Assembly: GCA_963707985.1 (NCBI GenBank)
Contig: CAVPRW010000018.1
Location: forward strand, 64,001 to 128,000
Length of the DNA stretch: 64,000 bases
Source of the DNA: an uncultured Nitrospinota bacterium
GTDB taxonomy: Bacteria > Tectomicrobia > Entotheonellia > J063 > CAVPRW01
Reading direction: 5' to 3'
The first letter of the stretch is position 1. Each line of letters opens with the position of its first letter. Of this stretch, positions 1-11,075 are shown piece by piece. The position numbers were made by a program, and so were the translations under genes. The notes beneath the pieces were generated by a model. It saw only the letters and a program-made list of their open reading frames with translations. It was not told the DNA's origin and searched no databases.

Positions 1-876
1 CGCGAGGAGTAGGGCGCCGATCAAGGTGCCCATGCCGTCGGATGAGGCCAGCAAGCCCATGAGACCAGGCCCAACCCGCAGGTGGTCTCTTGCTATGACC
101 GGCAGGATCTGCACATAACTGAACGCCAGGGCATTCATAATGACCGTGATACAGAGGACACCCAGCACGACCCGATTGTGCAAGGAGTACCGCAGCCCGG
201 TCACCAGACTCTGCCAGATAGGCTGGGTAGGTCCCGGTTGGCCGGGCAGGTTGATCTTCACTTGTAGAATGAAGCACAACGCCACTAGATACACAGCCAT
301 CAGCAGGCTATACACCCCGGCAAAGCCAGTCATCTCGATCATCAATCCGCCGACCAGTGGACCCAGAAACTTCCCCACCGTATTATTGATCGTTTCCAGC
401 GACATGGCACTGACCACCTGCTGTGGTCCCACCAGGTCGTAGATCAGCGAGCGTCGAGAGGGCATGTCCAGAATCGTACTACAGCCGAGAATGAAGGCGA
501 CGAGCAAGACCTGCCAGGGCTGGATGGCATTCAACAGCAGTAAGGCCAGCAGGATGCCGGTCATCAGCGCACTGATGGTCTGGGTGCACAGCATCACCAA
601 CCGGCGATTGGTGCGATCAGCGATGAGCCCAGCGAACAGCCCGAATGCCAGCAACGGTGCGGAGCGCGCCACTCCTACCAGCGCCACGTGCCAGGGGGAG
701 TCGGTGAGGTCGAGGATGAGCCAGCCCAAGACGCCCGTTTCCATCCAGCGACTCGCATGGCTTAGCCCCCCGGCTGCCCATAGCCATAAGAAATCTCGGT
801 TGCGGAGGATGCTCAAGTCGGTGAAATGCAAGGCCCGGAGTGGTCTGAAATGGTGGTGACGCTGGCTATGGGGCAT
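1..876 (-). CDS. MFS transporter (3' end runs off window)
   Basis: Manual translation MPHSQ...RNRDFLWLWAAGGLSHASRWME...GLIADRTNRR (MFS motif A); multiple hydrophobic helices; absent from ORF track because no stop lies in the window. Confidence 0.85.
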   Translation of the reverse strand, partial: MPHSQRHHHFRPLRALHFTDLSILRNRDFLWLWAAGGLSHASRWMETGVLGWLILDLTDSPWHVALVGVARSAPLLAFGLFAGLIADRTNRRLVMLCTQTISALMTGILLALLLLNAIQPWQVLLVAFILGCSTILDMPSRRSLIYDLVGPQQVVSAMSLETINNTVGKFLGPLVGGLMIEMTGFAGVYSLLMAVYLVALCFILQVKINLPGQPGPTQPIWQSLVTGLRYSLHNRVVLGVLCITVIMNALAFSYVQILPVIARDHLRVGPGLMGLLASSDGMGTLIGALLLA

Positions 877-909
877 GGACAATGGCGTTTGGTTCTTCGT
901 ACTGCGTGG

Positions 910-1671
910 CTAGCGCTGCGGTGCGAGCTGCTGCAACACCGGGATTTCATCCAATTTCTTGCCCAGCTCACCCCATAGAATCCCCTGCGGGCGTGGATAT
1001 CGACTCATGGTCTGGACGACGCCCTCAGTCGTGGCAAACCAGTTCAGCGAGATATCGTGGGCGGTCATCTCGATAGCACTATCGGGGACCACCTGCATGG
1101 AGTGCACGGTGGTGACGATCGGTGTCTCCTCGTCGACCAGGCCGGCTTGCCGGCACAGGGCATATTCCAGGTCGGAGTATCCACCTCCCTTGCCCAGCCG
1201 TGCCCCATCACGACTGACTGCCACCGACCCGGCGATGATCAGATCGATGTGGCGCATCTCCGCCAGCGTCACCGGTTTACCGACGGCAAAAGCCCCTTGA
1301 ATGCTGCTCGCACGCCAGAGCCCGGTGGAGCCAAGCAGAACGGGGTCGAGGGCAATGAAGGGTGTCAGCTCGCGCAAACGCGGCACGGCCATATACAGTA
1401 TCTTTCCAGCCTGTAAGGCCGCATAACGCACGGAGCGTTGGGGTGCATCGGGATTACACTTCAGGGCCCATGCCTGTTGCCAGGCGGGCAGCGTGGCCAG
1501 ATGTCGCGCTGCCGCCTCCGCGCCGATGAAATTCGGAATCCGTCCCTGCGCTCCCGGAAAGCGTGCCACCTTGTTGACCGTCAGCGCATGCCAGATCTCT
1601 TCGCGCAACCGTTGTTTGTTATCAGATATGGTGGCGACTTCGCTACTCTCGGGCGCCGGCCCGCTCCTCAT
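910..1671 (-). CDS. 5-formyltetrahydrofolate cyclo-ligase family (MTHFSD/archaeal-like)
   Basis: GRIPNFIGA, NPDAPQ and GSVAVSRDGARLGKGGGYSDLEY motifs; ATG 1671 preceded by GGAG and overlapping the acs 3' end. Confidence 0.85.
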   Translation of the reverse strand: MRSGPAPESSEVATISDNKQRLREEIWHALTVNKVARFPGAQGRIPNFIGAEAAARHLATLPAWQQAWALKCNPDAPQRSVRYAALQAGKILYMAVPRLRELTPFIALDPVLLGSTGLWRASSIQGAFAVGKPVTLAEMRHIDLIIAGSVAVSRDGARLGKGGGYSDLEYALCRQAGLVDEETPIVTTVHSMQVVPDSAIEMTAHDISLNWFATTEGVVQTMSRYPRPQGILWGELGKKLDEIPVLQQLAPQR

Positions 1672-3580
1672 GGTGGATCTCCTCCCGCATCTGGCGCCAG
1701 GCCTGGCGCGCCTCCTGCACCGAGCCTTCATCTTCGATGGTGCTGATATCGCCCGGGTCGTGATCGAGGATCACAGCCTTGAACACTCGACGCATGATCT
1801 TACCGCTCCGTGTTTTGGGGAGCATACTGACAAAATGCATCTCCCCGATGACCGCCAGTGGGCCTAAATCCTGGCGTACCGTGTCGAGCAAGGCGTGCTT
1901 GAGCTCATCCGACGGTTGATGACCCTGTCGGAGGACGACGAAGGCCGAGATCACTTCGCCGCGCAACGCATCCGGTCGCCCGGTCACGCCCGCTTCGGCC
2001 ACGGCTGGATGCTTGAGGAAGGCGGTTTCCACCTCGATCGTCCCCACCCGGTGGGCCGCGATTTTGATCACCTCATCGGCGCGCCCGGCAAACCAGACAA
2101 AGCCATCCTCATCGATGTGCGCCGAGTCCCCGGTGTAGTAGACTCCCGGAATACGCTGCCAATAGTCGCGGGCATAGCGTTCAGGATCGCCCCAGAGCGT
2201 CTGAATCAGTCCAGGAAAGGGACGCTTGATCACCATGATCCCCTTTTCGCCGGTGGCGCAGGGTGTGCCCTCTGGGGTGACGACAGCGGCCTCGATCCCG
2301 GCCAACGGAATGCCCCCTGAGCCTGGCTTGATGGGAAGCATCGCCAGGCCATAAGGATTGCCAAACACGGGTCCGCCGGTCTCTGTCTGCCACATGTGGT
2401 CGATGACCGGCACCTTGTTGTCCAAAACGTGTGCTTGTAGCCATTCCCAGGCCGGCGCATTGAGCACCTCTCCTGCGCAGAAAATGGCATCAAGAGACGA
2501 ATGGTCATGTTTGCGGGTTGGCTCATCGCCATAACGCATCAGCAGCCGCACGGCCGTCGGCGAGGTGAACACCCCGTTGACGCGAAAATCCTCGATAATC
2601 TTCCAGAACGTTTCCGGCCCTGGGTGGTCCAGTGCTCCTTCGTAGGCGATGGTCGTGCAGCCCGCCAGCAGCGGTGCATAGACGATGTAGCTGTGACCGA
2701 CCACCCAGCCAATGTCTGACGTCGACCACCAGATGTCGGTGGGCTTGAGATCGAACACCCAACGCCCCATGCTGTGAATATAGACCTGGTAGGCGCCGTG
2801 GGTATGCACGGCTAACTTGGGTGTAGCGGTGGTGCCGGAGGTGGCCAAAATATAGGCCGGCTCGTTGGCCTCCATCGGGATATGCGCCCCGCTCTGCCCT
2901 ATGCCCCGCGCCACGAAGGCGTTCCAGGACAGGTCGCGACCCTCTTCTAGCGGTGCTCCACCATCCGCCCGCGACAGCACGATGACATGCTCGACACATT
3001 GTCCTCCGATCTTCACGGCGTCATCGACGATACCCTTGAGGGGGACATCCCTGCCTTTGCGGTACGTGATGTCGGCGGTGAACACCAAACGCGAGCCGCT
3101 GGCCTGAATCCGATCGGCCAGCGCCCCGGCCCCAAACCCTGCGAAGACCACCGAATGAATGGCGCCGATGCGCACGGTCGCCAGCATCAGGATGATGGCT
3201 TCAGGGCAGGTGGGCATGTAAATCGTCAGGCGATCACCTTTCTGTATACCCATGGCCCGCAGGGCAGCCGCGACGCGCTCGACTTCGCGCGTCAGTTGAG
3301 CATAGGTGAAGAGTTGAGATTCGCCCCGCTCGTTGACATAAATTAGCGCCGTATGGCCACCCCATCCCCGCTGCACATGATAATCGAGGCAATTGTATGC
3401 CAGATTGGTCTGTCCACCGACAAACCAGCGAAAGGTCGGAAAGTCCCATTCGAAGACGCGATCCCAAGTGCGGAACCAGTGCAGCGTGGCGGCGGCACGA
3501 GCCCAGAAGTCGTCATGATGTTCCTGTGCTTCCCGGCACCAGCGATTGATCACGGGGTTGATAAGCTGGCATGCAGTCAT
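1643..3580 (-). CDS. acs: acetate/propionate--CoA ligase
   Basis: TSGTT P-loop, DHMWQTETGG, YYTGD, GRADEVIK, PKTRSGKIMRR. Confidence 0.9.
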   Translation of the reverse strand: MTACQLINPVINRWCREAQEHHDDFWARAAATLHWFRTWDRVFEWDFPTFRWFVGGQTNLAYNCLDYHVQRGWGGHTALIYVNERGESQLFTYAQLTREVERVAAALRAMGIQKGDRLTIYMPTCPEAIILMLATVRIGAIHSVVFAGFGAGALADRIQASGSRLVFTADITYRKGRDVPLKGIVDDAVKIGGQCVEHVIVLSRADGGAPLEEGRDLSWNAFVARGIGQSGAHIPMEANEPAYILATSGTTATPKLAVHTHGAYQVYIHSMGRWVFDLKPTDIWWSTSDIGWVVGHSYIVYAPLLAGCTTIAYEGALDHPGPETFWKIIEDFRVNGVFTSPTAVRLLMRYGDEPTRKHDHSSLDAIFCAGEVLNAPAWEWLQAHVLDNKVPVIDHMWQTETGGPVFGNPYGLAMLPIKPGSGGIPLAGIEAAVVTPEGTPCATGEKGIMVIKRPFPGLIQTLWGDPERYARDYWQRIPGVYYTGDSAHIDEDGFVWFAGRADEVIKIAAHRVGTIEVETAFLKHPAVAEAGVTGRPDALRGEVISAFVVLRQGHQPSDELKHALLDTVRQDLGPLAVIGEMHFVSMLPKTRSGKIMRRVFKAVILDHDPGDISTIEDEGSVQEARQAWRQMREEIHHEERAGARE

Positions 3581-3644
3581 GGATCGCCACTCCTTCTCGG
3601 CTTGATCGTCTCAGCAACAGTTGGTGTCCCTGCCCCATCCTCTT

Positions 3645-3736
3645 TCCCTCTCCCTCTGGGAGCGGGTCAGGGAAGCCTAACCCCTCAATTATGCCAGGCT
3701 ATCTTCACCCTCGCCTCCTCCAAGAGGAAGAGGGGA
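3645..3736. repeat. degenerate pair of REP-like palindromes
   Basis: TCCCTCTCCCTCTGGGAGCGGGTCAGGGA plus inverted CTTCACCCTCGCCTCCTCCAAGAGGAAGAGGGGA; same family as 18252-18348. Confidence 0.6.
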
Positions 3737-3790
3737 CAGCCTCCGAAAGCTGACCCTGCCTTGTCTATCTCCTAGCGAGAGGATGCTGCG

Positions 3791-4603
3791 TTAAAGGCAG
3801 CGCTCGGTCTCCTTCCGGATGTATTCGCGCAACGCATGCGGCAGCACGCCGATTGCGCCAGCCAGGGCATTCTCCTCAACCCGTTCTGGACGGGATGTCG
3901 CCGGAATGGCAACGCTCACACGCCCATCGCCCAGAACCCAAGCCAGGAGCGCCTGACCCCAGGTGCGGATGCCGAAGGCTGCCAGGGGCGAGAGATCTGG
4001 TTGTCGCCTCAGACCTTTGACATAGCGTCCCTTGTCGAGAGGCTCCATGACGATGACGCCAATCCCCAGGTCCGCCGCCAATGGGAGAATACGGTCCTCG
4101 CAGGAACGTTCCCCTACATTGTAGGGAATCTGGATGGTGTGGATGCGCCCGCTACGCATGATGTCCAGCATGGACGGATAAGCGCTGGTCGAGTAATGGG
4201 TAATCCCGATGAGCCCGATGCGCCCCCGATCGCGTAGCCGCTCAAGCGTCCCCAGATGTGTGCGCCAATCGACCAGATTATGGATCTGCAGGACCTCGAT
4301 GTACTCCGTCTTGAGCAGCCTGAAGGAGTTGTCGATCTGCGCTTCACCCTGGGAACGACCGTGGCACCAAACTTTGGTGGCAAGCTGAAAACGCTCCCGA
4401 CAACCCGCGGTGGTCAGGCCGATCACCCGTTCGCTCTGGCCATACATCGGCGATGTGTCGATAAACGTCACCTGCGCGGCGATGCAGTGCTCGATGATCT
4501 GTCGCCGCACAGCGATGTCGCGTTCGGCGCTGACATCAAACGTTCTGGCAGTTCCGAGCCCAATAGCTGGCACCCGAAGGCTACTCAGCGGACGAAATTC
4601 CAT
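3791..4603 (-). CDS. aldo/keto reductase
   Basis: IGLGT, IDTSPMYGQSE, LATKVW, QIHN, QIPYN, IPATS. Confidence 0.9.
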   Translation of the reverse strand: MEFRPLSSLRVPAIGLGTARTFDVSAERDIAVRRQIIEHCIAAQVTFIDTSPMYGQSERVIGLTTAGCRERFQLATKVWCHGRSQGEAQIDNSFRLLKTEYIEVLQIHNLVDWRTHLGTLERLRDRGRIGLIGITHYSTSAYPSMLDIMRSGRIHTIQIPYNVGERSCEDRILPLAADLGIGVIVMEPLDKGRYVKGLRRQPDLSPLAAFGIRTWGQALLAWVLGDGRVSVAIPATSRPERVEENALAGAIGVLPHALREYIRKETERCL

Positions 4604-5659
4604 CCCATGCTCTCGCTATTTTGCAACCTGCTCAGTCAACAGGACACGGACCACATGCGCGGCCAGGCGTTGCGCTGCGACCTGAAATCTCGGCATGGGC
4701 GAGGGTCGACAACGGGTGGGCATGGACAGCACCGGAGAGACGGGGACTCCACCACCGCATTGGCGACGACCTGTTCTGCTCGGCTGGTGACCTCAAGCGT
4801 CTCCTACACCATGACTGTACGTTCCTTGACATCGCTGCCATCCGCGTCAGATGTGCAGCCTAGTTTAAACATTCATCGGCGCGAGTGTACCGGGGTTCTG
4901 AGGATGTGTCAACGATCAGATAGCTCCACAGCTAACCGTGGCCCTTGCAGCACCACTCAATTTGACGTTTGAGCGCATGTGAGGAGCACCTCTGCTGCTT
5001 GGGAGGTATTCGGCGTGACTGTGGCTACCCGCAATGGCTGCCGCCGGGCCACGACCTGCCCCATGACTGCGTGTCTGCTGAAACGGTTTCACGGAGTGAC
5101 GCTGACGATTATCCGGGAAGGGCGGCGCCGTCGGTATCATTTCACTTCTCTCTCTCACCTCCAACGGCGCATTATAGCGGTTCCCACTTGAATGACTTAC
5201 AGTGAGTCCCCGAAAGTCGTGGGCTCACCTATCTGCTAAGGATTGCTGTAGCAAATTCGACTGGAAACCGTAGTAGGATAGGGAGTCTACAGGAGGCTCC
5301 CCCGTTAGAGGCTTATTGATCAGGGCGGATTCGGATTCTGGTTTCCGATGGCATCGGCCAGGTGCACGCTGTCATGACCGACCGGTACCAGCACACCGGC
5401 GGTATCTGCGCTGCCATGCAGCACGTGCTCTCGGCTGCCTGGCAGCGGCGCCACACCGAAGCCGATGGTCTGGTTGATCTTAACTGGGCAAGCGAACTGG
5501 CGACGCTGCGGGTCGTAGCCACAGCAGCTCATCTCTTCAAACAGGAGGCTGCCGAGGAATGGCACCTTTGCACCGCGCTAGCGTGCGGCCTGATAGAAGG
5601 ATGATGGGACCAGCTTGGCGTCTTGAGCGCAGGCCTGGTACTTGGCATACAGCTCAGCC

Positions 5660-6252
5660 TCGATCGGTGCTGCTGTTAGATGGCACAGCCCATAAACGCA
5701 GACGCGCCGTGCTCATGCCACCGTTCCATGGTGCACGCCCGCAGACATATGGTCGGTTGATCCAGGATCTGACGCTCACGCACGCTGCACCGACTACCCC
5801 ATGCCGACGATCTAGCGTATCTGCCACACCTGAGTACGGTGTGCAGCGAGGCTTTACGGCTTTATCCGGTGGTGCCGGCCATCGCCCGCCAATTGCGTCA
5901 GCCCCCAGGGCTGCGTGGCTATACCTTGCCGGCCGGCGTTGCCGTCGCGGCTGCCATCCCCCGTGCCCATTGCAATCCTGAACGCTATTCCGACCTGTTA
6001 CGCTTTTGCCCGGAACGCTTCCTCGAACAGTCGTATACCCCGTTCGAGTATCTACCGCTTCGAGGCGGGGCGTGGCGTTGCTTAGGGGCGGCCTTTGCGG
6101 TTTATGAGCTGAAGATCGTGCTCGGAAGCGTTTTGGCGCGGCATCACTTCGAATTGGCCGACGATCTCCCCGCCATAGCTGTACCGCAAACCTTCACACT
6201 TGGCCCAAAGGGAGGGGTGCCGCTGGTTTACGGAGGTTGCACAGACGTGTGA
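5660..6252 (+). pseudogene. cytochrome P450 remnant with large internal deletion
   Basis: SVLLLDGTAHKRRRAVLMPPFHG (N-terminal part) joined out of frame to EALRLYP (ExxR), PERF and YLPLRGGAWRCLG (degenerate heme motif). Confidence 0.85.
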
Positions 6253-6439
6253 GACCACACCATGACCGGCTATGGACTGTGGACCCCATCGATGCCATAA
6301 CGATAGGGACAGCATACTTCAGGCCTCGCAACGCTATGCCCAGACCGTCTGTGAATTACCACATGCTGCCAAGACAGTGTTCTGCAGGCCGCATTGACTT
6401 TCGATGTCCTCTGCAAGACAAAAGCATCGCAGGTGCCGA

Positions 6440-7378
6440 CTATGCTGTTGCTAACACCTTTTGATAGATCGGCGTCCGCCATTCAGCGTGTTTGTCGGTG
6501 CTGCCGCGGACCACACGCAGATAGTGCTGCAAAATCTCCTGGGTGATGGGACCGGGTTGTCCATTGCCGACGGGAAAACGATCCACGCTGAGGATGGGGG
6601 TGACCTCGTAACCGCTGCCGCAGAAAAACGCTTCATCGGCCACATAGACCTGCGTGCGATCGATATCCTGCTCCTTCACCGTCAAGCCCATTTCTTCTTT
6701 GAAGAGTTGCATCAGCGTGACACGGGTGATGCTTTCCAGGATGTCAGCTGTCGTGGGCGGCGTAATCACCTCGCCTTTACGCACCATGAAGAACGACGCG
6801 CCTGAGCCCTCGGCTACATGACCCTGGGAGTTCAGGAAGATCGGTCCGTCGTACCCATCCACCGTCGCCTGCAAGCTCGCCAGGCGACCATTCTGATAAT
6901 TGGCGCCACATTTCAGGCGGATAGGAATGGCGTTGTCGGAGGTGCGTACCCACGAGCTAATGCAGCAGTGCATGCCCTTGCCATCATCGGTGAGGCGGCC
7001 ACGACGGCGGAAGATGAGATACACTCCCACAGGTTCGGTCGAGGTGAGACCTTCGGCGTCGACGTAGGCCACGAGGTAGCCATGGGCATCTTCCTTGAAA
7101 TTGTTGCCCTTAATGACCTCGCGCAGCGCTTCCTCCAGATCGGCGGGAGCATACGGCACCGAGAAGCGCATCATTTTCATCGACTCGAACCAGCGCATGA
7201 AATGTTCCTGAAGCCTGAAGGCATAGGCTTCTTGCTTATCATCGTTCCAATAGATGCGGATGCCCTCAAACACGTTGGTGGCGTAGAACGCCGCGGCCGT
7301 CGAGACGTGGATGGTGGCGTCCTGATACGGTACCAGTTGACCGTTCATCCAGAGATACTGTGGCAAGGCGGGTGGCAT
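6440..7378 (-). CDS. ilvE: branched-chain amino acid aminotransferase (class IV PLP)
   Basis: VFEGIR, LKCGANY, AEGSGA, ILESITR, ADEAFFCGS. Confidence 0.88.
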   Translation of the reverse strand: MPPALPQYLWMNGQLVPYQDATIHVSTAAAFYATNVFEGIRIYWNDDKQEAYAFRLQEHFMRWFESMKMMRFSVPYAPADLEEALREVIKGNNFKEDAHGYLVAYVDAEGLTSTEPVGVYLIFRRRGRLTDDGKGMHCCISSWVRTSDNAIPIRLKCGANYQNGRLASLQATVDGYDGPIFLNSQGHVAEGSGASFFMVRKGEVITPPTTADILESITRVTLMQLFKEEMGLTVKEQDIDRTQVYVADEAFFCGSGYEVTPILSVDRFPVGNGQPGPITQEILQHYLRVVRGSTDKHAEWRTPIYQKVLATA

Positions 7379-7616
7379 ACATCTGTCTCCTTCATATCGT
7401 TAGTTGGGCCTGGGCCAAGGGCAGCGCGGATGGCCCCCAGCGTACCAGGTTTACACCTTGAAGTCTATCCCACTGCAGTCCTATCCTGGAGGGGCGGCAG
7501 CACGGGCGCGGCTTTACCGACTGGCGCCCCCATGGTACAATCTCCCCCTGTTGATCATCTGCAGGCGTGACGAGAACGGGGCAGATCGATATCGCACTGA
7601 TAAGGGATGAGGGTCT

Positions 7617-9735
7617 ATGATCTCAACGCTGCCGTATTGTGCCGATCCATTTCATTACCAGCGTCGCCAGACGCGTGTGGTGTCTGTGGGAGATGTGGCG
7701 ATGGGTGGGACCTACCCCATCCGCGTCCAGTCGATGACGACAACGGACACGTGTGATACTGAGGCGACCGTCAAGCAAATCATCCGGCTCGTCGAGGCCA
7801 ACTGTGAAATCGTCCGGGTCACCGCCCCGTCGATCCGCGACGCTGAGAATTTGCGGGAGATTAAAGCGGCGCTGAGCCGGCAAGGGGTCAAGGTCCCCCT
7901 TGTCGCTGACATTCATTTTACCCCCAACGCCGCCATGATCGCTGCCGACTATGTCGAGAAGGTGCGCATCAATCCCGGCAACTACGCCGATCGCAAGTTA
8001 TTCCAGATCAAAGAGTATAGCGATAACGAGTACGAGGCGGAATTGGAGCGTCTGGAAAAGGCGTTCAAACCGCTGGTGCTGAAGTGCAAGCACAACGGTG
8101 TCGCGATGCGCATCGGCACCAATCACGGATCGCTATCCGACCGCATCATGAATCGCTATGGCGACACCCCGCTGGGTATGGTCGAGTCGGCGTTGGAGTT
8201 CGTGCGGATCTGCGAGACCTATGGCTTCCGCGCCATCGTCTTATCCATGAAGGCGTCCAATCCCCAGGTGATGATTCAGGCCTATCGGTTGCTGGCCGCA
8301 CGTATGGATGAGCTGGGCATGGACTACCCGTTCCATCTGGGGGTGACGGAGGCGGGGGATGGCGAGGATGGACGCATCAAATCGGCAATTGGCACCGGGG
8401 CGTTGCTGGATGACGGTATCGGCGATACCGTGCGGGTGTCCCTCACCGAAGACCCGGTGGCCGAAGTGCCTGTCTGCTACGCCTTGATCAAACCCTATAA
8501 CGATCGACTCCAACACCGCCCAGCCCCCCCACCGGAGGGTATCGAGCTGCGATCGAGTGAGTGTCCGTCGAATGGTATCGCCATCTCTGAAGCGCGGAAC
8601 CCCTACGAATATGGCCGGCGACCAGCACGCCTGCTGGACGTCGGTGGGCTGCGGTTGGGTGGGTCCTATCCGGTGCGCGTCGAGCTGGCGCCGCGTACCC
8701 CGCTGGCAGAGACCGCGGACCTCATGTGTGAGATCGAGGCGCTCGTACGGCCGTCGCGCAAAGACCTGCCCCCGTGCGAGATCATCCAGCTGCGGGTCGA
8801 GACCGAGCCCGATATCGAGGCCTGTGTCGTCGTCGCGCAGGGACTGCGTGCCCGTGGCTTGACAGTGCCGCTGGCGGTCGATGTGTCGTCGGCACTTCCA
8901 GGGCTGACTCGCCTCTTGCCCCATGTCGCGAAGTTGAACGTGAAGCCCGCTCCGCCTGCGGATGCGTCCGTGTGGGCCAAGCGACTTAGGTGAGCTGATC
9001 GAGGCGGCGAAGACAGCCGGTGGTGTCATTCAATGGGACATAGAGGGGAGGAGCGCTCACGCTCTCCCACCGGGAGAGCGTCCGGGTGAGGGAAGAGAGC
9101 TCGAAGATCTTGCCAACACTGCCATGGCCCTTGCTCATCTCTGCCAGGCTCATGCGTTCGATAGCTATCTGATGGCCATCGATGGGGCGCCAACCATCCC
9201 GGCCTATCGCCTCCTGGCAGCGCAGCTGGCTGCTGCAGGATTAGAAACCCCGTTGACGCTGAAAACCGTTCGGTATCACCGGGAGGACACGCTGCTTCCT
9301 GCCTCGCTCACGCTGGGCTCGCTCTTGTGTGACGGTTTCGGGGATGTGATCGAGGTGGTAAGCGACTTACCGTCGACCGATGCCCTGCGGCTGAGCTACA
9401 ACATCCTGCAAGGGGCGCGACGACGCATTTCCAAGACAGAGTTCATCTCCTGCCCATCGTGTGGCCGCACGCAATTCGATCTGGAGACAACGACGCAGCG
9501 CATCAAGTCCCAGACCAGCCATCTGACCGGGGTGAAAATCGCCATCATGGGCTGCATCGTGAATGGCCCTGGAGAGATGGCCGATGCCGATTTCGGTTAC
9601 GTCGGAGCGGGACCAGGGAAGATCAACCTCTATGTCGGCAAGGAGTGCGTCGAGCGCAACATCGCGTTCGATCTCGCTGATCAAAAGCTCATCGAGCTGA
9701 TTAAAGCTCAAGGCAAGTGGATTGAGCCAGCGTGA
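7617..9735 (+). CDS. ispG: (E)-4-hydroxy-3-methylbut-2-enyl-diphosphate synthase, long form, split by a frameshift near 8988
   Basis: [46 protein letters not shown] in 7617-8993; [19 protein letters not shown] (4Fe-4S ligands) in the 8962-9735 frame. Confidence 0.92.
9059..9093 (+). repeat. REP-like palindrome inside ispG coding sequence
   Basis: ACGCTCTCCC-ACC-GGGAGAGCGT-CCGGGTGAGGGA matches the intergenic REP at 18252; translated as [12 protein letters not shown]. Confidence 0.65.
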
Positions 9736-9736
9736 G

Positions 9737-10585
9737 CTATGCTTTCCACACCAACCACCTACCCGGCAACCCGTCAATGGGGGCACTGATGTCGATCACG
9801 CCCTCATCCTGCAGGCGGGTTGCCGCTTCTTCGACCTCTACACGCGGGACACCGACCACACGTTCAATCTGTGCCAGCGAAGCATACGATACCACTGAGA
9901 GGTACTGCTTGATGAGCCGATACACCCCTTCGTGGCGTAGAACCTCCCGCCCACGCGCCACCGGCTCGGGTAGCCAGGTATCGAGCAAATCCCAAATATA
10001 GGTAAAGGCTGGCTCGTAGCGGGCCTCGATCATTGTAATGTAGAGCTTGCGCTGCAGTTCGGCGATGGCCTGATCGAAGATCGGCCGGCTTCTGGAGGAG
10101 TCAAGGCGCGTGCGGCGCTTCAGCTCCTTAGTGGCCTGAGGATGGTCGGCGACCAGCACATCCATGATCTGTTTGGCGGCACGCGACAGTTGGCCGGCCT
10201 CGTAGTCGTCGAGATAATGCTCATCATGTGGCGGGCCACGGAGAGCATAAAAATCAGGAAAATGTCTCAGCGCTACCATGCTGGGTTTCCCGAGGATCAG
10301 CTTCCCATAATAGACATGGCGCCCGGCGGGCAGAACGTCTTTGAGATTCCAGGTGAGCATCAACTCTGGGTCATGATGCGAATGCTGGGGAAAAATCGGA
10401 TCACGTCGGCCACAGACCGCCACCCAGAGACACGGAAGCTGCTGGGTGCGGTTGGTAAACACCAAGCAGAAGCCGACGTCCTCGACAAACTGCAGCGCTG
10501 TCTGTTCATTATGCACGCGCAGGCGAGGTAATCGATGGAACCGACGGTCACGCTGATTCTCCAGCTGTTCAACACGATAGCTCAC
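9737..10585 (-). CDS. AlkZ/YcaQ-like winged-helix protein (putative crosslink-repair glycosylase-related)
   Basis: ALQFVEDVGFC, LPCLW, W.LKDVLP..RHVYYGKL, C-terminal wHTH-like segment; GTG start with GGAG. Confidence 0.6.
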   Translation of the reverse strand: MSYRVEQLENQRDRRFHRLPRLRVHNEQTALQFVEDVGFCLVFTNRTQQLPCLWVAVCGRRDPIFPQHSHHDPELMLTWNLKDVLPAGRHVYYGKLILGKPSMVALRHFPDFYALRGPPHDEHYLDDYEAGQLSRAAKQIMDVLVADHPQATKELKRRTRLDSSRSRPIFDQAIAELQRKLYITMIEARYEPAFTYIWDLLDTWLPEPVARGREVLRHEGVYRLIKQYLSVVSYASLAQIERVVGVPRVEVEEAATRLQDEGVIDISAPIDGLPGRWLVWKA

Positions 10586-11075
10586 AGTCGTGTCCTCTCC
10601 TCAAAGCTGCCATGGGGGTGTAGCCCACCAACGTTCTTGCCCATCCACCATTTTACACCATCCTTGAGACCGAGTGTCATCGTCGATCCCAGCTGTCAGC
10701 CACGCCTGCGCTGTATGCCAACAACGGTGTCTCGGCGGTTCATTGCTAGCAAGTATTGGATTTGTTGCCTCAATCTCATACAGGGCATGGCAGGGTCACG
10801 GCGCGCCACATGTGCCAAATGGCTCGTGCGAGGCGCGTCAGTTGCTGGCATCGGCTATGAATCCTGTCGTATGAGCCTCTTGACCGTTTGTGCGAATGCG
10901 CACATGATGGTGGACATAGCGCACCGTCCTCCAAGCTATGATATAATTGGTCGCATACACATCCGGCTTATCCCTGTGGCGACGATCGTCCGAGCGATGC
11001 TCACAAGGACTCCGCACCGTTCACCCCCTGCGCTCGTCCGCCTCACGCGCCACATCCTGGAAGGAGAATCCCTCC

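Noticed and set aside
4930..4970. Short attC-like stub on the minus strand (AACGTCAAATTGAG...GGTTAGC)
   Set aside because: Too short and poorly palindromic, with no cassette context.
5310..5604. Protein-like fragment upstream of the P450 remnant
   Set aside because: Looks coding, but I cannot assign a family or a start.
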